From assembly GCA_012295275.1 (NCBI GenBank), contig CM022668.1, positions 12,710,001 to 12,774,000 on the forward strand: 64,000 nt of DNA. Reading direction: 5' to 3'. Source of the DNA: Chrysomallon squamiferum. Its lineage: Eukaryota; Animalia; Mollusca. Positions 1-14,519 of this stretch are shown piece by piece (position 1 is the first letter of the stretch; every line of letters begins with the position of its first letter). The notes beneath the pieces are model-generated. The model did not search any database. It was not told where the DNA came from and saw nothing but the letters and a program-made list of their open reading frames with translations. The position numbers were made by a program, and so were the translations under genes.

Positions 1-148
1 ACTACTACTACTATTGCTACTACTACTATTACCACTACTACTACTATTGCTACTACTACTACTGCTACTACCACTACTACTACCTCTACTGCTACTACTA
101 CAACCTCTACTACCACTACTACTACTACTACCACTACTACTACTACTA

Positions 149-209
<61 letters not shown>

Positions 210-340
210 CTACTACTACTATTGCTACTACTACTACTGCTACTACCACTACTACTACCTCTACTACAACTACTACTACAACCACTACTACTACTGCTAA
301 TACTACTGCTGCTGCTGCTGCTACTACTACCACTACTATT

Positions 341-376
<36 letters not shown>

Positions 377-378
377 TA
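1..378. repeat. (ACT)n/(TAC)n trinucleotide microsatellite, imperfect
   Basis: Directly visible; explains the poly-Leu/Thr ORF 14..379. Confidence 0.95.
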
Positions 379-806
379 ATTATTTTTATTAATACATATG
401 TACGGGTAGAGGAAGCGAATTTGTATGAGAGTAATGACCCATGTCTGGCAATCAATAAACCTTCGACTTAATCAAATAACAATTTTTTTTTTTTTTTTTT
501 TTTAAAGATCTGACATTTTTAACAATGCATTATGGGTAAAGGAAACGTATTATATTACTGATATTTGCAAGCCATTAGACTCTTAACGTTGTTAGTGAAA
601 TCACTTTCCAAAAAAAAAATATAAAAAAATATAAAAAATAAAAAAAAATATTTTTACTTTTAAAACTTGACAGATATGATGGAGAAGACAGAGTGTTTCG
701 AAAAATGGTTGAAATATCTCATCAATGAATGGAAATCACCCGGCAGACATTGAAATTATGAAATTAATGGTGCGATCGTGGTGAAATTAAAAACAAAATT
801 TCTTTT

Positions 807-842
<36 letters not shown>

Positions 843-1385
843 ACTGTACGAACCTGAGGGACTATCAGATAACAGATTATTGATAAATTGTCAGAAAATT
901 TCTGTGATTAATTAAATTAATTTGATACAGCTAGAGAGAATAGAGTGAGGCTGGTGTGTAAAAAATGATAATAAAAAATCTTTTTAGTGTTTTGACGCAC
1001 ATCAATATAGACCTGATGGCCTGGGGTAGCAAAGGAAGAATATATATATATATATTTTTTTTTTTTCTTGCAACTTGGGGGCTGTATTGTTTGTTGATTC
1101 GTTTTTTATATGCATTTATATTTTTTTCATTTTACATAAATCTTTAAGATGTACAAAATATTCCTCTATTCTTAAAACTTCTTCTGTGTTTGTCTGTTCG
1201 TCTGTTTGTCTGTATTCCTGTCTCTCTGTCTCTGTTCTGTCTTTCTCCCTCTGAAATTTATCAATTTTACCTTCTCCCTTTTATAATCCTCTTTTTATCT
1301 CTTGTTTTTTTTCTACTTTGTTCATTTGCTCCTTCATTTCTTTTTCTCTCTATCTGTTTCCTGCCATTTTGTTTTCCTTGCTATT

Positions 1386-1440
1386 TCTCTCTCTCACAAA
1401 CAGTCGTGCATACACATGGATATATGAGTGTTAATGTGTA

Positions 1441-1491
<51 letters not shown>

Positions 1492-1500
1492 CAAAAACAT

Positions 1501-1555
<55 letters not shown>

Positions 1556-1579
1556 TATATATATAAAACACAAACACAC

Positions 1580-1612
<33 letters not shown>

Positions 1613-1705
1613 CACAAACACATATATACATACACACACACACACACACACATATGTATATACACACACATACAAATATATACATATACATACCTCATAT
1701 ATATA
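1386..1705. repeat. Compound microsatellite (CT)n-(AT)n-(CA)n
   Basis: Directly visible; source of five overlapping low-complexity ORFs. Confidence 0.9.
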
Positions 1706-2501
1706 TCTTAATATCTTAAAACCATTGATATCACCTAAGTACATCTGCACCTAAATCTATGACCGGTATACTACAGTCTAACATACAATCACACTGCTAA
1801 CTGTCCTATATCATGTATTACACACAAACATAACAAAAAATTAATTTGCCAGTAACCAGCAAATCTAAAATGTGTGAATCACTCTATTATACAATCTGAG
1901 ATCAGTTAGACTGATTCTCAGTGATAGAATATTCAAATCCAGATCATTCTGATATTAATATGTGATATCTTATAACATCAGGCAATCTAGCAATCAGATA
2001 TAATTATGCATACATGATTTATTATGAGAAATAATTATATTTTTGTGTCAGTGAAAATCTGTTGTTGTCTGTGATTAAACAAAATGGAAAAAGGGGAATA
2101 ATTTTTTTTTTTTAAATATGATTGTTAAAATTTTGAGTGAAGACTGGAATGAAAAGGTAATTAAAATATGAAAGATTAAAGTTAAATAAGATATTTTAAC
2201 ATTTTTCTTTCATTTCTTTCTTTCTTTCTTTCTAACTCTATATACTTCACTCTTTCTTTAAACATCTTTCTCTGTCTTTCTCTCTTTCTTATTTTTTAAC
2301 ATTCTCACTCTCTCTCTCTAAGTATGTAAGTTTATATGTGTGTTTGTGTGTGTGTTATTTTACTTTATATATACATACATGTGTGTGTGTATATATATAT
2401 ATATATTTATATTTATAAACAACATATTAACAACAACCCTCTATTCTTGGTTATGTTTAGAGAAGAGAAGGAGAGAAAGAAACAGAAAGGGAAGGAAAAA
2501 G

Positions 2502-2505
<4 letters not shown>

Positions 2506-2585
<80 letters not shown>
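2506..2585. repeat. (GA)n microsatellite
   Basis: Directly visible. Confidence 0.95.
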
Positions 2586-2589
<4 letters not shown>

Positions 2590-2752
2590 TATGAATTCAT
2601 TTTATAAACAAGAAAACACTAAAATTAACACCTCTAACATAACAAAAATATATAACAAACAAGACAAAACTAATATAATAACACCTGTAACATAATTATT
2701 ATTATTATTATTATCTCTGAACTCTGAATTTAAAATTAATTTATTCCACAAA

Positions 2753-2807
2753 GCAGGTTTGATCCTGTGATCTGCTGCATCTCAGAAACGTGTTTTACCA
2801 AGGAGCA
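2753..2807 (-). mobile_element. Possible degenerate tRNA-derived SINE head
   Basis: Minus strand reads TGCTCCTTGGTAAAAC...AGATCACAGGATCAAACCTG, resembling a pol III A box and B box at tRNA-like spacing; no SINE body recognised. Confidence 0.3.
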
Positions 2808-2854
2808 ACTCTTATAATTTCAAAAACTGCCTGAGTTAGATACACTGGATCCAG

Positions 2855-3370
2855 AACAAAACAATCTACACAGACTGAGTGACATAATGGCTGTTGATAA
2901 ATCTAATAAACATGATAACATCCGACCATTAAACTGTTCCAGACTGACATAACCACATCATCTGCACAGACAGAACCTCATTAATCTAAACAGTATTAAA
3001 CTTTTCCCATTAAAGAAGCTCACCCTAAAGCAAAAACTCTGTACAGACTGAGTCTAGTAACTTTAATAAATATAATAATCACTGCATCATGCTGTTATCA
3101 GAAGATAAAATTAATTCTGATCTGTCTTGTACAAACTAATAAAACTCTACAAATTAAATTTAAAAAATAGAAAAACCCCCAAAAACCTAAATTCTCAAAA
3201 TGAAAAATGATTATTTCAGATAAAAAGTCTCACTCAAATGCAAACACTCTACATAGACCAATCATGAACTTAAAATAAAATAAACCTGATATCTCATTAT
3301 GAAATATCATTCTTTCTTACAACAGTCTCACCCAAACACAAACACTCTACACAACCGAGCATGACATTAA
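2855..3370. repeat. Old degenerate direct repeats (about 100-170 bp spacing, about 5 copies)
   Basis: Recurring aaacactctaca(c/t)agac.. and gtctcacc/tcaaa cores near 2858, 3032, 3141, 3242, 3339. Confidence 0.5.
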
Positions 3371-3708
3371 AAATACACCGAAATACACCAAATCTTCCAC
3401 TAATCCATTATCCTCCTTCTGACATAAATGAATTAATGGAAGAGTCTAATGCATCAATTAGAGGGGCGACAGGATGGGAGATGGACGGACCTAATCAAAT
3501 TGATTTCGATTCATGAGAGAACCACTTCTCGTTGTAAAACAAAGGATCAAGGGAAACTTCTCGTTAGGCTGCTTGTTTGAAGACAAGGGTGAGACATTCG
3601 TGTACAGAAATCCATTAACGATCCTCAGATCTCTAACACAGAGATGTGGTTTGTGTCAGAGATTCGTGTTACAAGAAACCAGGATACTCTACGGCTTATG
3701 AATGAGAA

Positions 3709-3709
<1 letters not shown>

Positions 3710-3741
<32 letters not shown>

Positions 3742-3759
3742 ATGTGTGTGTGTGTGTGT

Positions 3760-3795
<36 letters not shown>

Positions 3796-3981
3796 TATAT
3801 ATATATGTGTATGTGTGTATATATGTGAGTATGAGTGTATGTGTATGTGTGTATATATGTGTGTGTGTGTGTGTATATAATTGTTAGTGTATATGTGTGT
3901 GTGTGTGTGTATATAATTGTGTTAGTGTATATATGTGTGTGTGTGTGTGTATAATTATGTTAGTGTATATATGTGTGTGTG

Positions 3982-4031
<50 letters not shown>

Positions 4032-4203
4032 AATACACACAGACACACTTATGCAACACACACACAAACACACATACGTACATACAAACACAAACATGTA
4101 TACATACATACATACATACATACATACATTCATAAATGTATCAATTTCTTTTTATACTGATACTCATCCATCCATCCATCCATCCATACACACACATACA
4201 CAT

Positions 4204-4250
<47 letters not shown>
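3710..4250. repeat. Compound (TG)n/(TA)n/(CA)n/(TACA)n microsatellite
   Basis: Directly visible. Confidence 0.9.
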
Positions 4251-4252
<2 letters not shown>

Positions 4253-5235
4253 CCTTCTTTTGTCAAATAATCCCTGAAAAATAATCTTCAATTGTATTAA
4301 TTTCATTTTATATTGATACTCATAGAAAAAGAAAGAAAAAAAAATCTGTATCAATTCATCCTCTTTTTTTATATTTACTGATACAACAATAAAAACTAAC
4401 TGAATCAATTGAAAATCTATTGAAATAAAATATAGTAGAGATTAAAAAGAGCTGATTTCATCTGCCAGAAATGATCACAAATAATCCATTTTAATCCAGT
4501 TTAATACAATTTAATCCTTTTTAATCTGTTTTAATCTGAGTTACTTTGTTAGCAGTAAACAATCAGCTTAAAGAAAATAGTTTTTTGTCTGTCTGTATGT
4601 GTGTATCTTATCTGTCTATTTGTCTGTCTGTCTGATTTTTTTTACATGTGTCTGAATATCATACTCAGTTTGTTTTTAGTTATGTTCTTGATTTCCCATT
4701 ATCTTTCTGTTTCTAACTCTATCTTTGTCTCTTTCTTTTTCTTTCTCTCTCTGTCTCTCTCTTCATATTTATAATCCTTATAATGCAACACAGTTAAAAG
4801 CAATTTCAACACTCAAACACATACTTTGAAAAATCTTTAATTCTAAATCAACTATATAATCTACTAGTATTGCCCTGTAAGGGCTGTTATGGCCTACAAC
4901 AAGAAAACAAAAATCATAGGCCTGAATATCTGTTTGTAAATCATCCAGTTCACTCAGAGGCCTACACTAGATGACTCAACAAATTTCCAAACAAAGGTTT
5001 TGGGATTAACACTCATAGATGCCTTCAACGACATTTCCAAAAGTGTAAAAGACATTTCTGTTTTAAATAGACAATATATAAACAGACAAGCACACGGTTA
5101 CACCCCCACAGATGCATATGTCCACATTTCTTATCATCTAAAATGTTCCTCAACTGTAGGTTTTAGTATTAACCAACCTTCTTTACAGACAATGCCTACA
5201 ACAGTATTCTGAAACATAAAATTAATCTCTATAGA

Positions 5236-5992
5236 AGATGCCTTCAGTCATATTTCTGAACCAAATATGCCTACAACCATATTTCTGAACCAAAGATACC
5301 TACAACCATATTTCTGAACCAAAGATGCCTTCAGTCATATTCCTGAACCAAAAATGCCTACAATCATATTCCTGAACCAAAGATGCCTTCAGTCATATTT
5401 CTGAACCAAAGATACCTACAACCGTATTTCTGAACCAAAGATGCCTACAATCATATTTCTGAACCAAAGATACCTTTAGTCATATTTCTGAACCAAAGAT
5501 GCCTTCAGTCATATTTCTGAACCAAAGACACCTACAATCATATTCCTGAACCAAAGATGCCTACAATCATATTTCTGAACCAAAGATGCCTACAATCATA
5601 TTTCTGAACCAAAGATGCCTACAATCATATTTCTGAACCAAAGATGCCTTCAGTCATATTTCTGAACCAAATGCCTTCAGTCATATTTCTGAACCGAAGA
5701 TGCCTGCAATCATATTCCTGAACCAAAAATGCCTACAATCATATTTCTGAACCAAATGCCTTCAGTCATATTCCTGAACCAAAGATGCCTGCAATCATAT
5801 TTCTGAACCGAAGATGCCTTCAGTCATATTTCTGAACCAAAGATGCCTTCAGTCGTATTTCTAAACCAAAGATGCCTACAATCATATTTCTGAACCAAAA
5901 ATGCCTTCAGTCATATTTCTGAACCGAAGATGCCTGCAATCATATTCCTGACCCAAAGATGCCTTCAGTCATATTTCTAAACCAAAGATGCC
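5236..5992. repeat. 29-bp minisatellite, about 26 copies (AAGATGCCT[TCAGT/ACAAT]CATATTTCTGAACCA)
   Basis: Head-to-tail units with two interspersed variants; no spacers. Confidence 0.95.
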
Positions 5993-7619
5993 ACTCAAAC
6001 GTAGTTTTTACTATTAATCAACCATGAAGTTAATCTCTATAGAAGAGTTTTATCAGTCACATTTTCAAACACAATAAAAGGGATAGTTACGTAAACAAAC
6101 GATACAGTTAATCAGTCATGAAATTAATCTCCGTAGAAGATACTAACAACCACATTTTCTAAACACAAACTGCCCCTTGACTGTAGATTTTACTATTAAT
6201 CAACCATAAAATTAATCTCTATTGAAGATGCCTGCAGCAATACAAAAGGCCACACACAAAAGACCTGATTACATTTAGCATTGGCACAATTAATTCCAGT
6301 AGGTACAAAAGACTCCACTACAAAAGACTAACAATATGTCTGAATACATCTGCAAGGTTAACACTTTGCCATTAATCTGCAGGGATCCAATAATCTGAAA
6401 AAACCTAACAGTATATGTTTGGTTTTTGTCAATTGGTAATAAACTTACGAGGTCGTGTATTTTCTCATGAATAATCGTTTGACACGATATCTTGCTATAT
6501 TGGACTGCAAAACAATGGGGCAAGCAAAACCATATTGATTTGCAATTTGTATTCGCACAAAGAAATCATGAATAATGTTACAACGAAAAGTTACAACAAG
6601 AGTTCAATAAATAATAACAACAATAACAAAGGCAGGTCAAATTGCTGAAGTTAGACAGTGTGTCTGTGCCTTAAGGAATCCAGTTCAATTCTCAGCATCA
6701 TCTGGGAATTTTTTTTTTTTTGTTTTCTGTATTTTTTACTCTGTATTGCAATTTATTAATGTCAATTTTTTTTTTTTTTTTTTTTTTTATTTTTTTGAAT
6801 TTTTGGTATATAATAGTATAAATAGTAGGAGTATGGTAATAGTTGGAGCAATAGTAAAAGTGATAGTAGCATACTGTTTAAACACTGTTTAATAATTTTA
6901 TTTTATTTTTAAAGTTATTTATTATTATTGATTTTTTTGCGTTATTGGGTTGCAATTATTATTTATTGATTTTTTTAATGATTTTTCTATTTATTGATTT
7001 ATTTTTTTTTATATAAAAAAAAAAAACACGTATTCTACTGCATAATAAACTCTTCAATTTAAAACTCTATTCAATTACAAAAAAAAAAAAAAAAAAAAAA
7101 GAGGTTCAGTTCTTTTAGAAGACAAAATAGCTTCTTAAACACTCATAGCATACCGATAACAAAAAAACTTTTGTGGAGGAAATTAAAACGAAAAAAAAAA
7201 AAAGCGGAAGTGTCGTGTACTCGGAAAAGACGTAACTACCGCTCCGAGATCTGGCGACTTGAATGTGTCAGCGGGAATGTCCGTGAGATTTACGTTTCAG
7301 GCGATTTTGTCGAAGTTATGCATTAGAGCATGCCCGTTTGTCAGTGGAGCTTGTCTGTGTATTGTTAGAGAGATTAGGAGTAACGTATTTCAGTGACAAG
7401 CGTTTAAGAAGTTCGACTCAAGGACTCGTGCCAAATCAGCCTCGGAAAGAAATTTCGAATTAAAGCAGACGAGACTGGAGGGAGAAAAACGAAGGAAAGA
7501 CAACTGAGATGGTGTCTTGATACAAGTGGATTTATATTTATTTGATTGCCGGTTTGAAAATACACAGGACGGAATAAGTCTTCCAGTAAAAAAAAAAAAA
7601 AAAAAAAATAAAATAATGA

Positions 7620-7960
7620 AATATTTGTAACAGCCAGATTTAAGATTAATTTAAAGTAATTCGTTCAGACAAACTTTAAAGATATTGAGATATTTCTTGC
7701 AGCTAAGATTTAAAGTTAATTTAAAATAATTCTTTTTAGACAAATTTTAAAAAGTAATTGTTTGTTACAACTAGATTTAAAGTTAATTTAAAATAATTCT
7801 TTCAGACAAATTGTAAAGATATTGGGATATTTCTTACAACTGAATTTTAAATTAATTATTTGGAAATAGGAAAAGTAAGATAATTCTTTGAATCAAACTT
7901 TAAAGATAATAAGAAATTTGGTACAACCAAATTTTAAATTAATTTGAAAAAAGGAAAGAT
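7620..7960. repeat. Degenerate tandem repeat, about 68-bp unit, about 5 copies
   Basis: caactagatttaaagttaatttaaaataattctttcagacaaa cores near 7631, 7700, 7768, 7837, 7924. Confidence 0.75.
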
Positions 7961-8066
7961 AAAATATATTTTTCTACATATTCTAATATAGTAATTTAAA
8001 AAATAAAATACACCTATGTTCTAAATGTTACTTCATGCAGGTTTCAGGCCCTTCATCTCTCTCTCT

Positions 8067-8106
<40 letters not shown>

Positions 8107-9469
8107 TACATGAACACATAAGAATATGCAACAGTAGTAGTCACTGACTCATGGGTTAAATTGCAACATCAGTTATCACTGAAAAATGTCAAACATTCAA
8201 ACTCTTTTTATTTCCATTGTTTTTATTACATAACTGCAAGAGAAAAAAAAAAGAAATTTAATACTAAAGCTATTTGTGAAGGATTTTTCTGAACCCCAGA
8301 TTTAAGACTTAATCAGTTTTGCTCAGAATGTTTCATGATTTCTCATATTTAACTAAACATATCTTTGCAAACTAAGAAGCTATGGATGAAGTAGCAGCAT
8401 CAAAATGTAGCTTATGACATGAAAATTAAGAATGTCTGTTCTACTCTCAATTTTGACATAATAACTGTTTTCCTGTCGAGGATCAGATATATTCTATTTT
8501 GTCTTGAAAACAATGCTAACCATTTTACTGAAACCATGAAACCATCGATAAATCATTACTTTTTTTATTATTATTTTTTTTTTTTTTTTTTTTTTTGCAA
8601 TGTTATCTATTTTAAGTCAATTTATTTGTAGACAAAAAAAAAAAAAAAATCTGTATCAAAATCTTAAAATAACTTGATGTCTGCAACATCGCATGTGTGC
8701 TGGATTATTCCTTCAACGCCAACGTCATGACACACAGCTTTTTGGCATGAACAGAAAGGGAAAACAGTGACAGCGTAGATTCGATATAGATGTTATTTTT
8801 TATAACAGACGATCTTCTACAGACAATCCGAGTGTAAAAATCAATTTGGGAACAACAATGCAGGATTAGTTTATGTTTGTTGCAGAATTAGAGACTTCAG
8901 GGCTGGGTAAAATCAAGGTAATACCAGTTGTTCACTGTTAAATGTCAGGTGAAAAAATGTTCTTGTCTTTAATTATATAATATTGTATCGGCTTGGTAAT
9001 TTGAAGCATCGATGGTTTAGAAAAAGATTTTGAAATATAAAAGTAATTGAATAAAACAGATTTGTGTTTTGACAGGTAAAATAAAAATAAATTAAAATTA
9101 AAACCAGAAAAATAAGAAGATAAGGGTGGGGCAAAAAAGACTGAAAAAAGAAGGAAATAAGAAAAAGAGAATAACTAAATAAAATAAATAAATACAAGAG
9201 TTGAAAAAAATTTAAATTATTAGCTGTATCAGTGATATTGACTATAGGTGAACCATCAATTTTTATCTGTGATTTGAAATGTGAATACTAATAACATTCA
9301 AGAATGTGACAAAAGGTTATATACATTTTTTTATGATGATGATGATGATAATGAAGAAGATGGTGATAAATACCATCATAATAATTACCATCTTTTACAC
9401 CATATGTAAAAAAAATAAAAAAAATATATTTCAGAGAGAGAACTGGTTATTAGTATTAGCAAATTTCAC

Positions 9470-10068
9470 TCCTATCTGAAACACTGGATCCATCCTTGAT
9501 ATCCTTGCTATAGAAATAATAATAATGAAAAAAAACACCTTCCCTCTTCTCAGGTTTTGAAATTCACCCCATTCTGAAATCTTTGATCAGCTCTTTATAT
9601 CTTTGACTGGTTCCAAACAAAATGATTACATCTCCAGTTTGAAATTCTGAATCAACCCTTAATTTCAAGCATAAAAATCAAGAAGAATGACAGTCTCCTA
9701 CTTTCTGAAATCTTGGATCTAACCTTTACATCCTTCACATAATAAAAGTGAACCCGACAACACACCCTTTTGGAAATTTTAGATCGACCCTCGATATCAC
9801 TGATAGAGTAGAATCAACCATTATAATGACACCTTCCCTTTTTGTAATTCTTGGTTCATCCTTTGATACAGTAACAATAATCACATTGATGGAACCCCCT
9901 TTTCTGAAATTTTGGATCAACCCTTAGTATCGTACAACTGAATCAGTCATTGTTAAAACATCCCTTTTCTGAAATTTTGGATTGACCCTTGATATTATTG
10001 ATTGGGAAGAATAAATCATTAAGAAGTCAGCCCCCCCCCTTTCAGTAATTCTGGATTCACTCTTAATG
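9470..10068. repeat. Degenerate array, period about 62-72 bp, of a ~33-bp core (CCCTTTTCTGAAATTTTGGATCAACCCTTGATATC) separated by diverged linkers
   Basis: About 9-10 cores near 9471, 9567, 9633, 9697, 9765, 9836, 9897, 9962, 10035. Confidence 0.75.
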
Positions 10069-11114
10069 CCCTTGACAAAAGAACTGATGCCAGTAATTGT
10101 ATGTAAAGATTTCTTGAAGATTACAAAGAAGTTTTGATTGAATCGTTGTATGTTTTATGATGATTGTTATTATTTCATCAAGACCAGTGTTAAGCTGATA
10201 TAAAAATATATTGTTAAAAAATAATAATGATAATATGAATTCAATAACAGAACTGAAAACCATTTGTATGGAAATTTTCTCTCTATGTGTATATTTGTTT
10301 ATTAATTTAATATTTGTGTGTGTGTGTGTGTGTGTGTTGTTTGAATGTATGTCTGTATGTGTGGGTGTGAATGCATCTGTATTTCTGTATTTACTATGTA
10401 TTGATGGATGAATAGATATGAACAGCAAAGAACAGAAGCAGACATAAAAACATATGCATGCGTACATACACACACACACACACACACACGTATGTGTGTG
10501 TACATATGTACAATCACACACGTATGTATGTATGTATATGTGTACAAACAACTAGATAATATTCACATATTTACCCTCTTAGAAATGTTTCATATATATA
10601 TCAAAAAACAGATACAAAAGGATAAGGATTTTTTTTCTGATGGTGACTGGTGTTTTAATTAAATAATGACATTAATATAAACATTAGAGGTAGAAACATC
10701 CATTGATTATTATTATTATTATTTTTTTTTTTTTTTGATTAGTAAATATCAATGTACAGATGTATAGCACTAGTTAACATGATATCACTGTCTATGACTT
10801 TCTTTCTCTTTGTGTGTGTGTGTGTGTGCATATTTGTGTATGTCTATATGTATGTGTGTATATATGTATGTGTGTGTATATATATATATATGCATCCCTA
10901 TGTTTTTTGTTTTTTTTATCTGTGCATAATTCTCTTTTCATTCTTTATATGCACCTTTTTAGGTAACACCTTTTATTTTATTTCTCTCCATCTCTATAAC
11001 ATACATTACTTTCAGTACACAGTGTTCTTTATATATCTACATCTCTCAGTTTTAGTCACTCTTTCTCTATTTCTATCTCTCTTTTTTTATCTCCTCATAT
11101 CTCTCTGTGTGTGT

Positions 11115-11177
<63 letters not shown>

Positions 11178-11862
11178 TCTCTAACCCATGTAACTCGTGT
11201 TAAACGGAACACACATAATTGACTCATTATGCAGCTAAGACACGTGAACCAGAATAAACCCTGTACATATTCTGTGATTAATAATTAACATAACCTCTTT
11301 CAGATAGGTCATCCAGTTGATGCTGGTACTTAGTCTGGGATTTAATTCATGTCGGTTTTCATTGACATGCAAGCATGTATATATTATACACATAGACTGA
11401 CTGACACACACACACGCACACACAGTCACACATACACACACATGCACTTGATAAATGAATTAAAAACATGTTTTGTTCTGTTGCTATTTGGGTTTTTTAC
11501 TCTCAGTGTGTGTTTGTGTGTGTATGTGAACAAACATACATATATGCATACATGTGTACATATACATACACACACGAGAGAGAACAATATAAAGTATTTA
11601 TTTTTAATTCTCACACACACACACACATATACATTAAGCTGTTCTATTTTACTCGAGTTATTGCACTATTCATGCAAAAAAGAAATATTTTATTTTAAAA
11701 ATGTCTCTTTACAAGTAAGCATGGACCATGGACTTTGATGTTCAGTGTAGTGTGTAGTACTCGTTACCATGGGAAAAACAATAAACTAGCTATTTAATGT
11801 TAATGAATGAACTAAATGAAAAATGAATGAAACTGTGAATGGCTTGCTTCTGCCATGTGTGT

Positions 11863-11902
<40 letters not shown>

Positions 11903-12398
11903 TATGAGTTTTACCCCAGAATGAGAAATCAATAAAATAGTTAATGAATAAATTAATGAAAAATGAAGATAAATGAATGAATGGTTGACTGACACAAAAC
12001 GCACCTCTATCTGTTCTTCAGGCTCAAAAAAAAGGAGCCACAGCTGGTCAGATTGGGAAAAATCAATAAACTGACAGACTGTAAAATGTCGGCAGAGATT
12101 CTGAGATCTAATGAGTCTCAGGATCAACTGTTCTCGGTGAACTAATTAAGTTTTTTCTAGTTCTAACCAGTGCTCCTGACCAGATTAATAACATTGTTGG
12201 TATTTGCTTTCCATCATTTCTCAGATAAATGTTAATATGATTGTGTGTATGTGTCTTTATACAAAAAGATATATCTATCTATTCATTGATCTGTCTTCTA
12301 TCCATATATCTGTCAGTGTGTGTGTGTGTGTGTGTGTGTGGAGAGATAAATGTACATATATATACATACACACAGATATATGCATACTGCAACAATAT

Positions 12399-12437
<39 letters not shown>

Positions 12438-12689
12438 GAGACACAACATTTTTCCCATCATTATTTTAAACACACACACACCTCACCAGGCAAATTAAAG
12501 ACAGTGTAATTGATAACTATAAATATTGATTTACTAAAATAACTGATGAATAAATCAGGCCGATGGTTGTAAACACAAAGACAACTGATAAATAATAGAT
12601 GTGAGTTAAAAGGAAGTGAAAGAAGCACTCACCTTGGTAAGATGATAGGTATCTAGTAATTAGTGATAATGTCTGTGTGTGTAAGTAAA

Positions 12690-12811
12690 TACACACGTGT
12701 GTATATATAGATATATAGATAAAGATATATATGTGTGTGTGTGTATGTATGTGTGCATCTGCATATATATTTATATCTTTATATCACATATCTATATATA
12801 CACGTTACATT

Positions 12812-12850
<39 letters not shown>

Positions 12851-12876
12851 CTACATAATATATATGTGTGTGATAG

Positions 12877-12909
<33 letters not shown>

Positions 12910-13300
12910 CACATATATGTTAGTACACTATACATATACACATACACATATTATACAAACAGAAACACACAGACACATATATACATACATATATATATAT
13001 ATGTGCATACATCTACAAATGCTATGCACAGATACATAAATATAAACATACATATACACACATATACACACACACCTAAACAACCACATACATATCAAAA
13101 GATAGATGTATATGTAATTATATGTATTTTGGTGTATACACACACACACACACACACATAATGTATACATTATATTCCACAAAATACACATAGAAATCTT
13201 TTATAGATATTTTATATAGGCTAAGTATATATGTCTGTTTATGTACATGTATATATATATCCATATGTGTGTGTGTGTGTGTGTGCATATGTATGTGTAT
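12690..13300. repeat. Compound (TA)n/(TG)n/(CA)n microsatellite region
   Basis: Directly visible. Confidence 0.85.
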
Positions 13301-13504
13301 CTGTACATATGCTAATTACAATACTATAAGCATATTTGATGCAGTTATCAATTATATAACTTAAGAGATAATTAAAAGTTACTTACCTGGACAAATTATA
13401 ATATTATTATTAATTATTACAATAATTTTTTAACATCGAGGATTTAAGCTCGAACAAAAATGATGTAACAGGGTTTGACATAATGTAAGAAAAAATGTCA
13501 AGAA

Positions 13505-13740
13505 TTTCTTATCTTTTAAAACACAATTTATACATTATCTTAACTCAAGTTTATTTATCTTTTCATACACTCAGTTTATTTACATTATGCAGTAAAACTT
13601 GCGTATATTTATCTTTTATTTATAGACAATTAATTTGCATATGTAATAAATGAAATTGGCTTATCGTTTATTTCACGGTCAATTAATTTACATATAGAGT
13701 AACTCAGATATCTTTATCTTTTCCTACAGTTAGTTAAGTT
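13505..13740. repeat. Degenerate ~55-bp tandem repeat, about 5 copies
   Basis: Recurring ttatcttt...aatttacat. Confidence 0.5.
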
Positions 13741-14036
13741 ATGAATGCATTTCCAGACTTCGTTAGTTTAAGTGGCCAGTTTCGTTTTTCACCTGGTTAG
13801 TTTAAATGGTTATCTCTGAAACTTGCTTAATTAAATCTTTCACTTTAAAAAAAAAAAAAAAAATTCTGTTTTAATTTAAATGCTTTGCACCTTACAGTCA
13901 GACAGGTTAATTATAATTGTTATCTTTGAAACTTCACATACGCACAGACACACACAGACATACATACATATTGGTGTGTTTGTTTCTGTCTGTGTGTGTG
14001 TGTGTGTGTTTTTGTGTGTGTATGTGTATGTGTTTT

Positions 14037-14070
<34 letters not shown>

Positions 14071-14519
14071 TGCATATATACATTTATAAGCTTGTGATTT
14101 GTTCTCTTGTGCCAATGCATTTCCAGACATTGTCTATGTTTGAATATTAACCAGACATATTAAAGGCAAAAGTGTATTCATTCCTAAATTCTTACATTTA
14201 TACATAAATACATTCATACAAACATATACACATGCCCACCCAAACATTTAAGACTTTCTTAAAAACTCCAAAACCCAAACAAACCATTAACATGCTGTTT
14301 ATAGTGCTCTGTAACAAAACAAACATCAGTTGCAAACCTCAACACGATTGCTTCATTTGCTTGGCACTAATTGTAATTACAGCCAATCAGAATCATTAAG
14401 ACATTTGGCAAAGGAAGTGCACATACACTGAATAGTTACATAAAAAAATATTTGTACCACACACACAGAGACCCACACACATGCATTCAGATTATAAATA
14501 TTAATTTTCCTCAAATTCA

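Noticed and set aside
5236-5992. 29-bp repeats as a CRISPR array
   Set aside because: Units are head-to-tail with no unique spacers, there are no cas genes, and the context is eukaryotic
11763-11776. GTTACCATGGGAAA, RFX X-box-like
   Set aside because: The second half-site is imperfect, it is 35 kb from ULK4, and a single hit is not informative
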